Shown: piece by piece, positions 24,291-33,022 of the stretch
Layout: each line of letters begins with the position of its first letter
Position numbering within the stretch: position 1 is the first letter of the stretch
Program-made: the position numbers and the translations under genes
Virus record (IMG/VR): IMGVR_UViG_3300021963_000033
DNA from: a virus
Taxonomy: Duplodnaviria; Heunggongvirae; Uroviricota; Caudoviricetes
DNA: 34,146 nucleotides
Reading direction: 5' to 3' (one strand)
Notes under the pieces: generated by a model
Database searches by the model: none
What the model was told of the DNA's origin: nothing
What the model saw: only the letters and a program-made list of their open reading frames with translations

Positions 24291-25823
24291 TTATCCTTGT
24301 TCAGTTTGTTCTGGTTGTGGTGGTTGCTCTTCTGCAGGTGGAACTTCTGGTGGATTTGCATTATTCGATACTTCGATTTCTGCTATCTCATCCTTAGTAA
24401 GTTTCAGAATATGCTTTTGAACATATTCTTTGCTGTAGAGCGAACCAATATAGTTTGCCATTCCATTCAGAATCTCGATACGAGACTGGAGAATTTGCTG
24501 TTCTTTCGATTCTGTATAATATGCATCAGTTGCATATTTGTATTGTATATTATCTCTGATGGAATCCCAGTCTGCTTCAGTAATAATACCCTTGAGAATC
24601 AACTGAGTCTTTAGGAGGTCATCAAAAATAAGCGAGAAGCGACGACGCAGTTTAGCAATATACTTTGTAAACTTCCACTCGTCGCGGTTAATCTCAGCAG
24701 CACGACCAAAGTTTAAACCTGATTGCTGTTGCTGTCTCGAGATAGGAACGTTCAATGATTGATACAGTTTACGCTGGAAGTATTCAACGTCTTGGATTTG
24801 TCCAAGGTTTTCTCCACCAGGAAGTGTTTCGATCTGTGTTCCTCTACCACCTTCGCGGCGAGGCAACCAGAAGTCTTCAAGCATTGACATGAATTTCTTG
24901 TCGTCGCGGATTTCACCAGTATTCGAATCATAAACAATCTTGTTACGATACTGGTTCATAATACCCTTGAGGTATTGTTCCGCTTTAATCTTAGGTAGGT
25001 TACCAACGTCAACATAGAATACTCGACGCTCTGGTGCACGAGTGATACGATAAATCACTAGTGCGTTTTCCATCATGCGGAGTTGGTTTGCTGGACGTAT
25101 TGCTTTGTGAAGATACGATAGACCAACGTTCTTATCCTGATCAACAAGACCAGAAGGAACATGGCATATAGCATCTTTTGTAATTTTAAGTGCATTCGCG
25201 CTGCTTGAATAGTCATTCGCGCTTGCTGACTTTTGGTGCACTACACCTTTTTCATTGTAGAGAAAATACTCATCAATCCGTTTGATGAAATCGACATTGG
25301 TCTTTGCGTCTTTTTCCTTGATGATCTCACGAACTTTTTTAATCTTACGCGGATCAATGTATCGAACATCAGTCAGACCCTGTTTTGGGTTTGCTGTGTC
25401 AATAACTTTATGGAAGAACAATCTACCGTCGATATACCAGCGACGAAAATAATCTTGCGCTCTTAGTTTAAAATCTAAGACTCGTAAGATTTCTTGGAAT
25501 TCTTTTTCGATGTCTTTCTTGATGCCTGCTGATAACTCTACGTTATCCAGATTGATTTTAATTGGATCTTCGTCATCAAGATTTGAGATAGAGTCATTAA
25601 CAATATCATCAATTGCTGTGTCGACATCTGCCATACCAGCAATGTCACGATAGCGTCTGATAAGTTCTTGCTCTGTACTGGCAGTCCCATCTAAGTCTAG
25701 ATAGGTTCCATAGTATCCACCCGCTTTAATTTCATCTGTGCCACCGTCGTCTGTCGGAGCCACGAACGATTTTTCCGTTGGTGGCCCCGAAGATCGTGTA
25801 ATCTTATAACCAAAAATTTCCAT
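24291..25823 (-). CDS. gp20: Portal protein gp20
   Basis: FRRWYIDGR, YRITRAPERRVFYVDVGNLP, MLEDFWLPRREGGRGT. Confidence 0.98.
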   Translation of the reverse strand: MEIFGYKITRSSGPPTEKSFVAPTDDGGTDEIKAGGYYGTYLDLDGTASTEQELIRRYRDIAGMADVDTAIDDIVNDSISNLDDEDPIKINLDNVELSAGIKKDIEKEFQEILRVLDFKLRAQDYFRRWYIDGRLFFHKVIDTANPKQGLTDVRYIDPRKIKKVREIIKEKDAKTNVDFIKRIDEYFLYNEKGVVHQKSASANDYSSSANALKITKDAICHVPSGLVDQDKNVGLSYLHKAIRPANQLRMMENALVIYRITRAPERRVFYVDVGNLPKIKAEQYLKGIMNQYRNKIVYDSNTGEIRDDKKFMSMLEDFWLPRREGGRGTQIETLPGGENLGQIQDVEYFQRKLYQSLNVPISRQQQQSGLNFGRAAEINRDEWKFTKYIAKLRRRFSLIFDDLLKTQLILKGIITEADWDSIRDNIQYKYATDAYYTESKEQQILQSRIEILNGMANYIGSLYSKEYVQKHILKLTKDEIAEIEVSNNANPPEVPPAEEQPPQPEQTEQG

Positions 25824-25838
25824 AATATTAGATTACTC

Positions 25839-26357
25839 TTACAGTGTGTTAGTTAGGTAGTGTGAGTAGTTGAAGGTTACAGTGAACTCTTCGATTACAT
25901 CGTTCTGACCATATTGCAAACCAATTTCCGACATGTTAATCGGGAAAGAGTTATACAGAGTATATTCCATCAGTACTTCATCATTGCGATCAAGATGCTG
26001 AACGATAATATCTGCTTGATAGTCAGTTGGCGCAAGAACACCTGTGTTCAATTCCAGATCATTCATTCCGTTCATCCACTCTTCGAATGGTTTACGGAGC
26101 GACATTTCAGTGTCGTTGATGATTGTTACTGTCCACGGATCGAAGATACGCTCGCCAGCGAGTTTCACTTCGCGACCACGATACTGAACGAGAGTTGGGT
26201 TTACTGTTGATGCAGGAAGAGCAGCGCCAGTAACCAAAAGTGCATATTCTCTATCAGGAACGGATGTTACATATCCAGGCCAGTTGAGTAATACGCGGAA
26301 TTGGTTAGGTCTTGCACCACCAGCACCTAGTAACCCTTTAAACTTTGAAATATCCAT
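25839..26357 (-). CDS. gp19: Tail tube protein gp19
   Basis: GARPNQF, YRGREVKLAGER.FDPWTVT, IEEFTVTF. Confidence 0.96.
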   Translation of the reverse strand: MDISKFKGLLGAGGARPNQFRVLLNWPGYVTSVPDREYALLVTGAALPASTVNPTLVQYRGREVKLAGERIFDPWTVTIINDTEMSLRKPFEEWMNGMNDLELNTGVLAPTDYQADIIVQHLDRNDEVLMEYTLYNSFPINMSEIGLQYGQNDVIEEFTVTFNYSHYLTNTL

Positions 26358-26378
26358 ATTAGATTTCTCCTATAATTC

Positions 26379-26386
26379 TATTTATT
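26379..26386 (-). promoter_or_regulatory. Variant late promoter (gp19)
   Basis: AATAAATA, one mismatch to the consensus, intergenic. Confidence 0.5.
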
Positions 26387-26393
26387 CGGGTTA

Positions 26394-28079
26394 TTAGGCA
26401 CCAACTTCTTCGAACGATACCGAGGTACGAGTTGCGATGAAGTTTAGGTAGATGAAGTTGATCGACTTAGCAGGTTTGATGTAGATATCTGCAACAAACT
26501 CGTTACGGTCAATTACTTCGCCAGTGTTATTTGTTTCGTCACACACAACACGGAAGTCATAGATACCACGGCGACCACGAACATCGCGGAGGAATGGTTC
26601 AACTAGTGACTTGAACTGTGCACGAGTGAAGACATCATTGAATTCAAACAACTGGAACTTAGCAGCAGTTGCGATTGCCTTCTCAAGAACGATGAATAGA
26701 CGACGAACATTGATACGATCGAATGCCGATGGTTTCGCAAGAAGTGTCTTATCACCATAAAGCACAACACCCTGCCCTGGGAACGACACAACTGGGTTGA
26801 TGCCATTCTTGTAAAGAGTATCACGATCTGTTTGGTTTGGCGAATAAAGCAACTTTACGCAATTCTTAATTGCACCACGATTGAAACCAGCAGGCGACCA
26901 CCATGGATCATTGGTTTGATCAGTACGAGCACAAAGACCTGCAGTATCAGCATTCAAAGGAATATTGATATATGTGTCATTATACTTATCGTATTGAACC
27001 TTCCAACCTGAATCCATAACAGCGTATGAAGTCGAACGATCAAGAGTTGAGTTTCTATATGCTACGACGTCAGTTGCTTCATCACCAGCATTGTTCTGGA
27101 CTGCTGCCAGAGGTGGTGAAAGAAACGCAACGCAGTCAAGACGAGCAAGAACAACGTTATCGATGACGTGTTGAGCGACTGCAACTGGATGGTTACCAGT
27201 TAGAAGAAGCGAAACGTCAACAAGTTCCTTGTTTGCGAACAGGTCGTATCCAGTTTGGACGTCGCCAGCAGCAGGAGCAGCGTCAACACCACCTTGCAGG
27301 AAGTCGCCGATCGCAGCATCAAGAACGGCAAATTCTGTTCCTGCAGCAAGACTACCCCAGTTTGTGCCGCCACTTGTATGGTCCATCCACCAGACATACT
27401 TCGACTGAGCATTTAGAACGTTCTTGTAGTAGTTAGAAGAACCATCCGAATTCTTAGCATCCGATGCCTTCGAAACAAATGCGAACTTTTCAAGAACAGT
27501 ATTTCTTACGCCCGAGAACTGACCGTTTGCATCGATGACTGCAATGTGCATTTCGTCATCGGAAGCATTTTGTGCTGTTGCATAGGCAGATGTTCCTGGT
27601 TGAGCGTCAAATTGTGTCGAAAGGTCAAGACCATTTACTGACCAATCTTCCCAACCACCTGCGTCGCAAAGTGTTACGATAAGACCGTTACCAAGCGCTC
27701 CTGGAAACTTTGCAGCGAATGGACCGACCGATGCTTCACCCGAAGCATAAGATGCATTATACACATCTTCGTTATCGATCTTTAGAGCAGTCCCAGTCCA
27801 AACAGCGTTTCTTGCTGCTGTGCCGACTGCGCGAACTAGTTGTAGATTATTTCCGTAACCAAGGAAGTTTGCTGCAGTATGGAAAGATACTGTAGTTGTG
27901 CTTGTTGGTTTGCCGAACTCGCGGACGAGTTGGTTTTCTGACGAAACTGTTTGAATTTCGTTTACAGGTCCCCAGAGGAAGTAACCAACGTATCCACCAG
28001 CAGAACTTGAAACTGCTGGTACGACGTTAGTTAGATCCTTTTCAGTAACTAGGACTCCTGGCGATAATTGAAATGCCAT
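26394..28079 (-). CDS. gp18: Tail sheath protein gp18
   Basis: MAFQLSPGVLVTEKD, WWSPAGFNRG, AFDRINVRRLF, KPAKSINFI. Confidence 0.98.
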   Translation of the reverse strand: MAFQLSPGVLVTEKDLTNVVPAVSSSAGGYVGYFLWGPVNEIQTVSSENQLVREFGKPTSTTTVSFHTAANFLGYGNNLQLVRAVGTAARNAVWTGTALKIDNEDVYNASYASGEASVGPFAAKFPGALGNGLIVTLCDAGGWEDWSVNGLDLSTQFDAQPGTSAYATAQNASDDEMHIAVIDANGQFSGVRNTVLEKFAFVSKASDAKNSDGSSNYYKNVLNAQSKYVWWMDHTSGGTNWGSLAAGTEFAVLDAAIGDFLQGGVDAAPAAGDVQTGYDLFANKELVDVSLLLTGNHPVAVAQHVIDNVVLARLDCVAFLSPPLAAVQNNAGDEATDVVAYRNSTLDRSTSYAVMDSGWKVQYDKYNDTYINIPLNADTAGLCARTDQTNDPWWSPAGFNRGAIKNCVKLLYSPNQTDRDTLYKNGINPVVSFPGQGVVLYGDKTLLAKPSAFDRINVRRLFIVLEKAIATAAKFQLFEFNDVFTRAQFKSLVEPFLRDVRGRRGIYDFRVVCDETNNTGEVIDRNEFVADIYIKPAKSINFIYLNFIATRTSVSFEEVGA

Positions 28080-28136
28080 TTTCTTCTCCTTGTATATAAA
28101 AACTGACAAAAACCACTGTCTTTTTTGTTATAAACT

Positions 28137-28144
28137 TATTTATA
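28137..28144 (-). promoter_or_regulatory. T4 late promoter (gp18)
   Basis: TATAAATA. Confidence 0.8.
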
Positions 28145-28155
28145 AGATGTCTACT

Positions 28156-29790
28156 TTACATCCAACCACGTTTAGTTGGTGTAGTATCGACAGACCATAG
28201 GTCTCCACCATCAACAAAAAATTCTTCTTCGGTTCCATTTAGTATCAAACCAAATGGTGTCAGTTCTTCTTCTATCTGTTTCATCTGACCATCATATAGT
28301 TTTTTTCTAATGTCAATATCTGTCAGATCTGTGAAATATGTATTGCTGGTTACCCATGCAAACATTACTAAACTCATCACCAAGTCATCAAAATAACCTT
28401 CATCTGCCATCCAAGTTCCCATCTTTTCGATAAAGGTGGAGAACTCTGAGATGGTATCTGCATCAAAAATCAGTAACTTCTTTTCTTCCATCAACGACTT
28501 CAGTGTAAAGCAACCTTGTCTTTTAACTTGCTTGGTCATTCGAACACCCATTTGGGTCGCTTTACCAAATCCTGGGGAAAGATATTGTTTATTTGTATCT
28601 TTCGACGTAGTTAAAATATTATCATATTCTAATTCTGCATGCAAAATATCGGCGACTTGTTGTCCCATGTCGTTAATTTCAATCATCACATATGCATTAT
28701 TAAAATCTCTCGCCACCTTATTTACGATATTTGGGTATAACATCGGTGGTATTTTATTGTTGCGGTATTTAGCGACTAGTTTATATGGAACAGAGGTTGC
28801 GTCAACTACAGTAAATGCAGAATAGTCGCCACCAATACCTCTTGCAGTATCAACGCCCATAACATAAGTATGCTCTGGGATCGGATCTTCGAAGATATCT
28901 AGACCATCCTTCATGTATATAGGGTCAATAGAACTCATCGCACCAAGAGTATGTGCATTTACAAGAGTGTTACTCGATCCGAGGAAGTTACAGAGAACTT
29001 CTTGGTTGAACTTGAGTTCGCCGAGCATCTTGAGTTGTTCTTCTGCCCACGCATCATCGCGCCCTGGAATCTCAGTGTATGGGATGAACATCGGAGCGAA
29101 TCCATTAACGCCCTTTTCTGCTTCATTCCAGAACTTCCAGAAGTGATTGTAGCCGAGAGGAGTAGAAGTCAATAGAATCTTTGTTGTTTGACCCGCAGAA
29201 ATCGTAGGATAAACGGAAGCGAAGAACTGCTCGGCGACAGTATTTGGAATAATCGCCGCTTCGTCGATATACAACCAGTTAACAGACTTACCACGAATAC
29301 CAGAGGCAGTCGTAGCAGCAGTGAATACCTTTGAACCGTTTTCTAATTCAACGTCGCCCTTATTCCAAGTCTTCACACCCTGCTGCATCCAGAGAGGCAA
29401 GTTCTCGAACATACCTTGATAGCGGTTCATAACTTCGCGTGCAGCAGAAGTCTTGTTCGCAAGAATAGCGACAGTTTTAGCATCTTGAAACAGCGTATAC
29501 CACAGAATACAAGCAGCAGATGTAATAGTCTTACCCTGCTGACGACCCTCCATAAGAATCGCCTTACGATTGCCTAGGATATGGTGAACCTTGCGCTTCT
29601 GACAATCATAAAGTTTGAATGGAATGAGACCCTCGTCGAGTGAAACAATCATGCAATAAGTTTCTATGAAGTAAATTGGATCTTCCTCGCACAAAGCGAG
29701 TTCTGTCAATTGCTCCGGAGTAAAATTATGTTTGTATCCGATCGGTTTTAAATTAATATTACCGTGATACGAGGATTCCTCAATCACCAT
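28156..29790 (-). CDS. gp17: Terminase large subunit gp17
   Basis: RQQGKT, YIDEAA, TSTPLG, GVDTARG, DDLVMS. Confidence 0.98.
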   Translation of the reverse strand: MVIEESSYHGNINLKPIGYKHNFTPEQLTELALCEEDPIYFIETYCMIVSLDEGLIPFKLYDCQKRKVHHILGNRKAILMEGRQQGKTITSAACILWYTLFQDAKTVAILANKTSAAREVMNRYQGMFENLPLWMQQGVKTWNKGDVELENGSKVFTAATTASGIRGKSVNWLYIDEAAIIPNTVAEQFFASVYPTISAGQTTKILLTSTPLGYNHFWKFWNEAEKGVNGFAPMFIPYTEIPGRDDAWAEEQLKMLGELKFNQEVLCNFLGSSNTLVNAHTLGAMSSIDPIYMKDGLDIFEDPIPEHTYVMGVDTARGIGGDYSAFTVVDATSVPYKLVAKYRNNKIPPMLYPNIVNKVARDFNNAYVMIEINDMGQQVADILHAELEYDNILTTSKDTNKQYLSPGFGKATQMGVRMTKQVKRQGCFTLKSLMEEKKLLIFDADTISEFSTFIEKMGTWMADEGYFDDLVMSLVMFAWVTSNTYFTDLTDIDIRKKLYDGQMKQIEEELTPFGLILNGTEEEFFVDGGDLWSVDTTPTKRGWM

Positions 29791-30268
29791 GTTCTATAAC
29801 TTTTGCTTTCTCTGCTTTCAATGCCTTGAGTAGATCTTGGGTGCTTCCAGAAAAGATGATATTATTCTGCGTGTCGATTTGCTGAGATTTCTTGCTATCA
29901 TCCTGAAGAACTTTTTTCTTTTTCGCCTGTAGATCCATAAGATCTTTAGCAGTATCACCAGTTGTCTTGATCAGTTGTCCGACGACTTCATACGCACGAG
30001 GACTATCGCTCGCTAGAGCAACATTCAACATACCCTCTAATGCTCTTTGACTTGTGCTAATTAATTCATTGAGTTTATTGCGAGCGACATTGTAGTCATC
30101 TTCAATGTCATTACCAGTGGATTCGATTACTGCTGGAACTGATGGTGTAGTCGTTGTCGCTGGAAGAATTTGCGCTTCAATAACTTCATCTTGTTCTGGG
30201 ATCTTTGTTGTATCAGTTCCAAAAAGATCGTCAAGATCTTGATAGTTACCCTTGTTCGTAGAATTCAT
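29780..30268 (-). CDS. gp16: Terminase small subunit gp16
   Basis: DDY..AR, SDSPRAYEV, NNIIFSGST.DL. Confidence 0.93.
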   Translation of the reverse strand: MNSTNKGNYQDLDDLFGTDTTKIPEQDEVIEAQILPATTTTPSVPAVIESTGNDIEDDYNVARNKLNELISTSQRALEGMLNVALASDSPRAYEVVGQLIKTTGDTAKDLMDLQAKKKKVLQDDSKKSQQIDTQNNIIFSGSTQDLLKALKAEKAKVIEHGD

Positions 30269-31019
30269 CGAATTGCTCCACATAATCCCATTCATCCGTC
30301 ACCGCAGCAGTATCTGGATCTGTTGTTACTTGATATTTTTGTTGATAGGTAGGTTGTTCAATATCCGTATATGTATTCGCAATCGCAGTTCGGATGATTC
30401 CTTGCTGTTCGACTGGTCCATATAGATTCAACCCGAGAGTAAAGTTTAACGTCCAAACAATTGAACGTCGTTGCATGTAATCACCTGCATAGTCATCTTC
30501 ATAATTGATAGAATCAAGAACTATCTGAAGGTCTCTCTTGATACCCATTGAAGGGATATCAGATACAGTAACACAGAAGTCAGGATTGAAGAATGGAATT
30601 ATTTGCTCAATAATCTGCAGTCCATCATCTTGATTCTTTGCCATTGCATACAGTGAAATATTCATGTCGTATGGTGTGCTTGTGAATTGAGTTCGTAACA
30701 CATTAGGGTCGTCACCTTGCCCGACTGCTACATTCTTCGTTAATAAGTTAATTTTTCTAGCAGGATTATATTGTAGTCCTGTTATCTCAAACCCCATTCG
30801 CGGAAGAATAATTGCCGCTGCTTGCGTGTTGGTTGATGGGACTTCTGCTATACGAGCGAGAAACTTATTTTTTGGTGAATATGCTAACGGAACGCGAACA
30901 GATTGCACGAGTTCTTGATCAGAATTGTATCTCTTGACAGAAATCTGATTGAAGATTGTGCCAAAAGCAACGATTGCTTTTCTGATATGTTGGTGATAGA
31001 AGTGTTGACGTAAAAACAT
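30246..31019 (-). CDS. gp15: Tail sheath stabiliser gp15
   Basis: FYHQHIRKAIVAFGTIFN, VPLAYSPK, LPRM, QIIEQIIPFFNP. Confidence 0.95.
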   Translation of the reverse strand: MFLRQHFYHQHIRKAIVAFGTIFNQISVKRYNSDQELVQSVRVPLAYSPKNKFLARIAEVPSTNTQAAAIILPRMGFEITGLQYNPARKINLLTKNVAVGQGDDPNVLRTQFTSTPYDMNISLYAMAKNQDDGLQIIEQIIPFFNPDFCVTVSDIPSMGIKRDLQIVLDSINYEDDYAGDYMQRRSIVWTLNFTLGLNLYGPVEQQGIIRTAIANTYTDIEQPTYQQKYQVTTDPDTAAVTDEWDYVEQFDEFYEQG

Positions 31020-31783
31020 TATACTCTCTTTTGAACCTCACCGAATGGGTTGAATGCTGTGAAGTCTAAAATGTCATCTGCTTCTGCTTCAAATTCATCA
31101 TTATCTGATTGCGGATCAGTATCTGTAGTTGCATACTGTTCAAGAATAACAGAGTCTCCACTGGAATTTAGTAAATTACCGCCTGATTGCAACAGCAATT
31201 GGAAGCGATACATGTCTTGACTGGATTGATTGATAGAATCAATTTCATATATGCCCGTGTCAATTCGCTCAGAACTAAATTCAAAAACGTCACACTGTAA
31301 TTTGAATGTGTGTATCTTACCTAGTTGGTAAAATGGATTTAAGAAATCTACATACTTGATTACAAAAAATGTTTTAGTTTTCGAGAAATATAATAAGTCG
31401 CCTTCTGCTGGTCTATCAGGAAGTTGTACTGTGTGGTTTGCGACAACCCCACCTACGTTCTGCATAACTCCTTCTTCCCAGCGTCTCTTGGCGACTACGA
31501 ATGTTGCTGAAGATCTAAATTCGAAACCAAACTTAGTAAAGAGTTCGCCTTCCCCCTCAAATCCTTGAACATTCTCAAGATACATTTCAAGAGCATGTGA
31601 TTGATTGAAATATGACAGTGCATCTTCGCCAAGTATACCGTCTAGATTACCAGATTGCCTCGGAAGATAGTATACATCATGACCATAGATTTGCAAACTT
31701 TCAATGATGAGATCTTCCACTAAACTTTGTTCGCTCGTGGTTCCAGATGTATTGCCAGATTGAAAGTAAAAATTCGTGGTCAT
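31019..31783 (-). CDS. gp14: Neck protein gp14
   Basis: EQSLVEDLIIESLQIYG.DVYYLPR, FTKFG, RPAEGDLLY, PFYQLG, NPFGE. Confidence 0.95.
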   Translation of the reverse strand: MTTNFYFQSGNTSGTTSEQSLVEDLIIESLQIYGHDVYYLPRQSGNLDGILGEDALSYFNQSHALEMYLENVQGFEGEGELFTKFGFEFRSSATFVVAKRRWEEGVMQNVGGVVANHTVQLPDRPAEGDLLYFSKTKTFFVIKYVDFLNPFYQLGKIHTFKLQCDVFEFSSERIDTGIYEIDSINQSSQDMYRFQLLLQSGGNLLNSSGDSVILEQYATTDTDPQSDNDEFEAEADDILDFTAFNPFGEVQKRV

Positions 31784-31786
31784 GTT

Positions 31787-32755
31787 TTATCCAACCATGA
31801 AATCGACAGGCAACTCTGACTTCAATTGCATTTCGGTTTCAATTGTTAAAATTTCTTCGACTGCTTCGTCGTAGATCTCTTTACCATTTAGGATAACACC
31901 CCCTGGAAGTTGGATTCCGCCAAACTTCTTCATGTTCTCGCCCCATTGACGTTTGATCAGTGCAGTAGAATAGCGTTTTAGGAACATGTCATCGTAGACT
32001 TGTGTATATGTTGAAGGATCTAGGATACGATAGCATTCAATGACGATGAAGTCATCAGGATTTAATACTTCTTCCCAATTCATGTCAATATACATTTTGT
32101 CCATTTTACGATTATATTTGAATGAACGATCGCCAACTAGAAGCATGTCGAGCATCGACAGATGCTGTTGGACCTGCGTATAGTAAACCATGTCAGCAGA
32201 AAGCAAATTATACATGTCATTTAGGCGGAACTGATAGATAATATCGAACATGTTGTTACGATTATTCATACCAGAACTTGGACCATTTACTGGCAACACG
32301 CGAATTACGCCTATAACTGAATCTGGTAGAGGTATATATCCGTTCTGAATATTTCCTGGAGCGTAGAAATTAGTAGTTGTTAGTGCACGACTAAATCCCG
32401 ATACAGATCCTGTTATGGTTTCACCTGACACAAAGGTTCCTTTAACATTTGTGATTCTTGCAGTCATGCCATTTACTGTATACAATATACATGATGCGCC
32501 AGAAGTAAGACCAATAAGTTGTTCATTCTGTTCGAATGATGGCGCGGATAATCCTGAGAATTTCAATTCTGCAGTTGTTACTTTATGTGTGAGATAGAGT
32601 CTCTCGACACCATCGAAATGGTATTCTTGAAAGTATTGTAAAGCGTCGTCGATGCGATCAGAAACCTGATCATCATCGACGTTGATTTCAATTACTGGAA
32701 ACCCAAGTCTGCGTAAACAGTAATCTATTAAACCTTGTCTTGATGAAACTGCCAT
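31787..32755 (-). CDS. gp13: Neck protein gp13
   Basis: YCLRRLG.PVIEINV, EYHFDG, KRQWGENM.KF..QLPGGV.LNG. Confidence 0.95.
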   Translation of the reverse strand: MAVSSRQGLIDYCLRRLGFPVIEINVDDDQVSDRIDDALQYFQEYHFDGVERLYLTHKVTTAELKFSGLSAPSFEQNEQLIGLTSGASCILYTVNGMTARITNVKGTFVSGETITGSVSGFSRALTTTNFYAPGNIQNGYIPLPDSVIGVIRVLPVNGPSSGMNNRNNMFDIIYQFRLNDMYNLLSADMVYYTQVQQHLSMLDMLLVGDRSFKYNRKMDKMYIDMNWEEVLNPDDFIVIECYRILDPSTYTQVYDDMFLKRYSTALIKRQWGENMKKFGGIQLPGGVILNGKEIYDEAVEEILTIETEMQLKSELPVDFMVG

Positions 32756-32774
32756 ATCTTGTCCTCTTTGGGAC

Positions 32775-32782
32775 TATTTATA
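32775..32782 (-). promoter_or_regulatory. T4 late promoter (gp13)
   Basis: TATAAATA overlapping the upstream stop. Confidence 0.8.
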
Positions 32783-33020
32783 ATGAACCCATGTCATACA
32801 CATCCGGATTTGCGCCTGTAATATCACCAAGATCGATTACTTCTGGAACGGTGAAAAACTCAGGGTTATATCCGCCGACTTCAATAATACTACCATCTGT
32901 TCGTTTAGAGTATAATACACCATCTGCTAAATTTACCGCAAGTTCTCCAACAGCAATATCACTTACTGATGGAACTGAACCTGCGGATTCACTTCGTTTT
33001 AATTGCATAATTGTAGGCAT
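32778..33020 (-). CDS. Small fibre-associated structural protein (80 aa)
   Basis: IMQLKRS...P......GELAVNLADGVLY, a pattern typical of phage fibre N-terminal domains. Confidence 0.7.
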   Translation of the reverse strand: MPTIMQLKRSESAGSVPSVSDIAVGELAVNLADGVLYSKRTDGSIIEVGGYNPEFFTVPEVIDLGDITGANPDVYDMGSL

Positions 33021-33022
33021 AA

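Noticed and set aside
28090-28133. Possible hairpin in the gp18 leader (GACA...TGTC flanked by A/T runs)
   Set aside because: It is weak and AT-rich and does not cover the SD.
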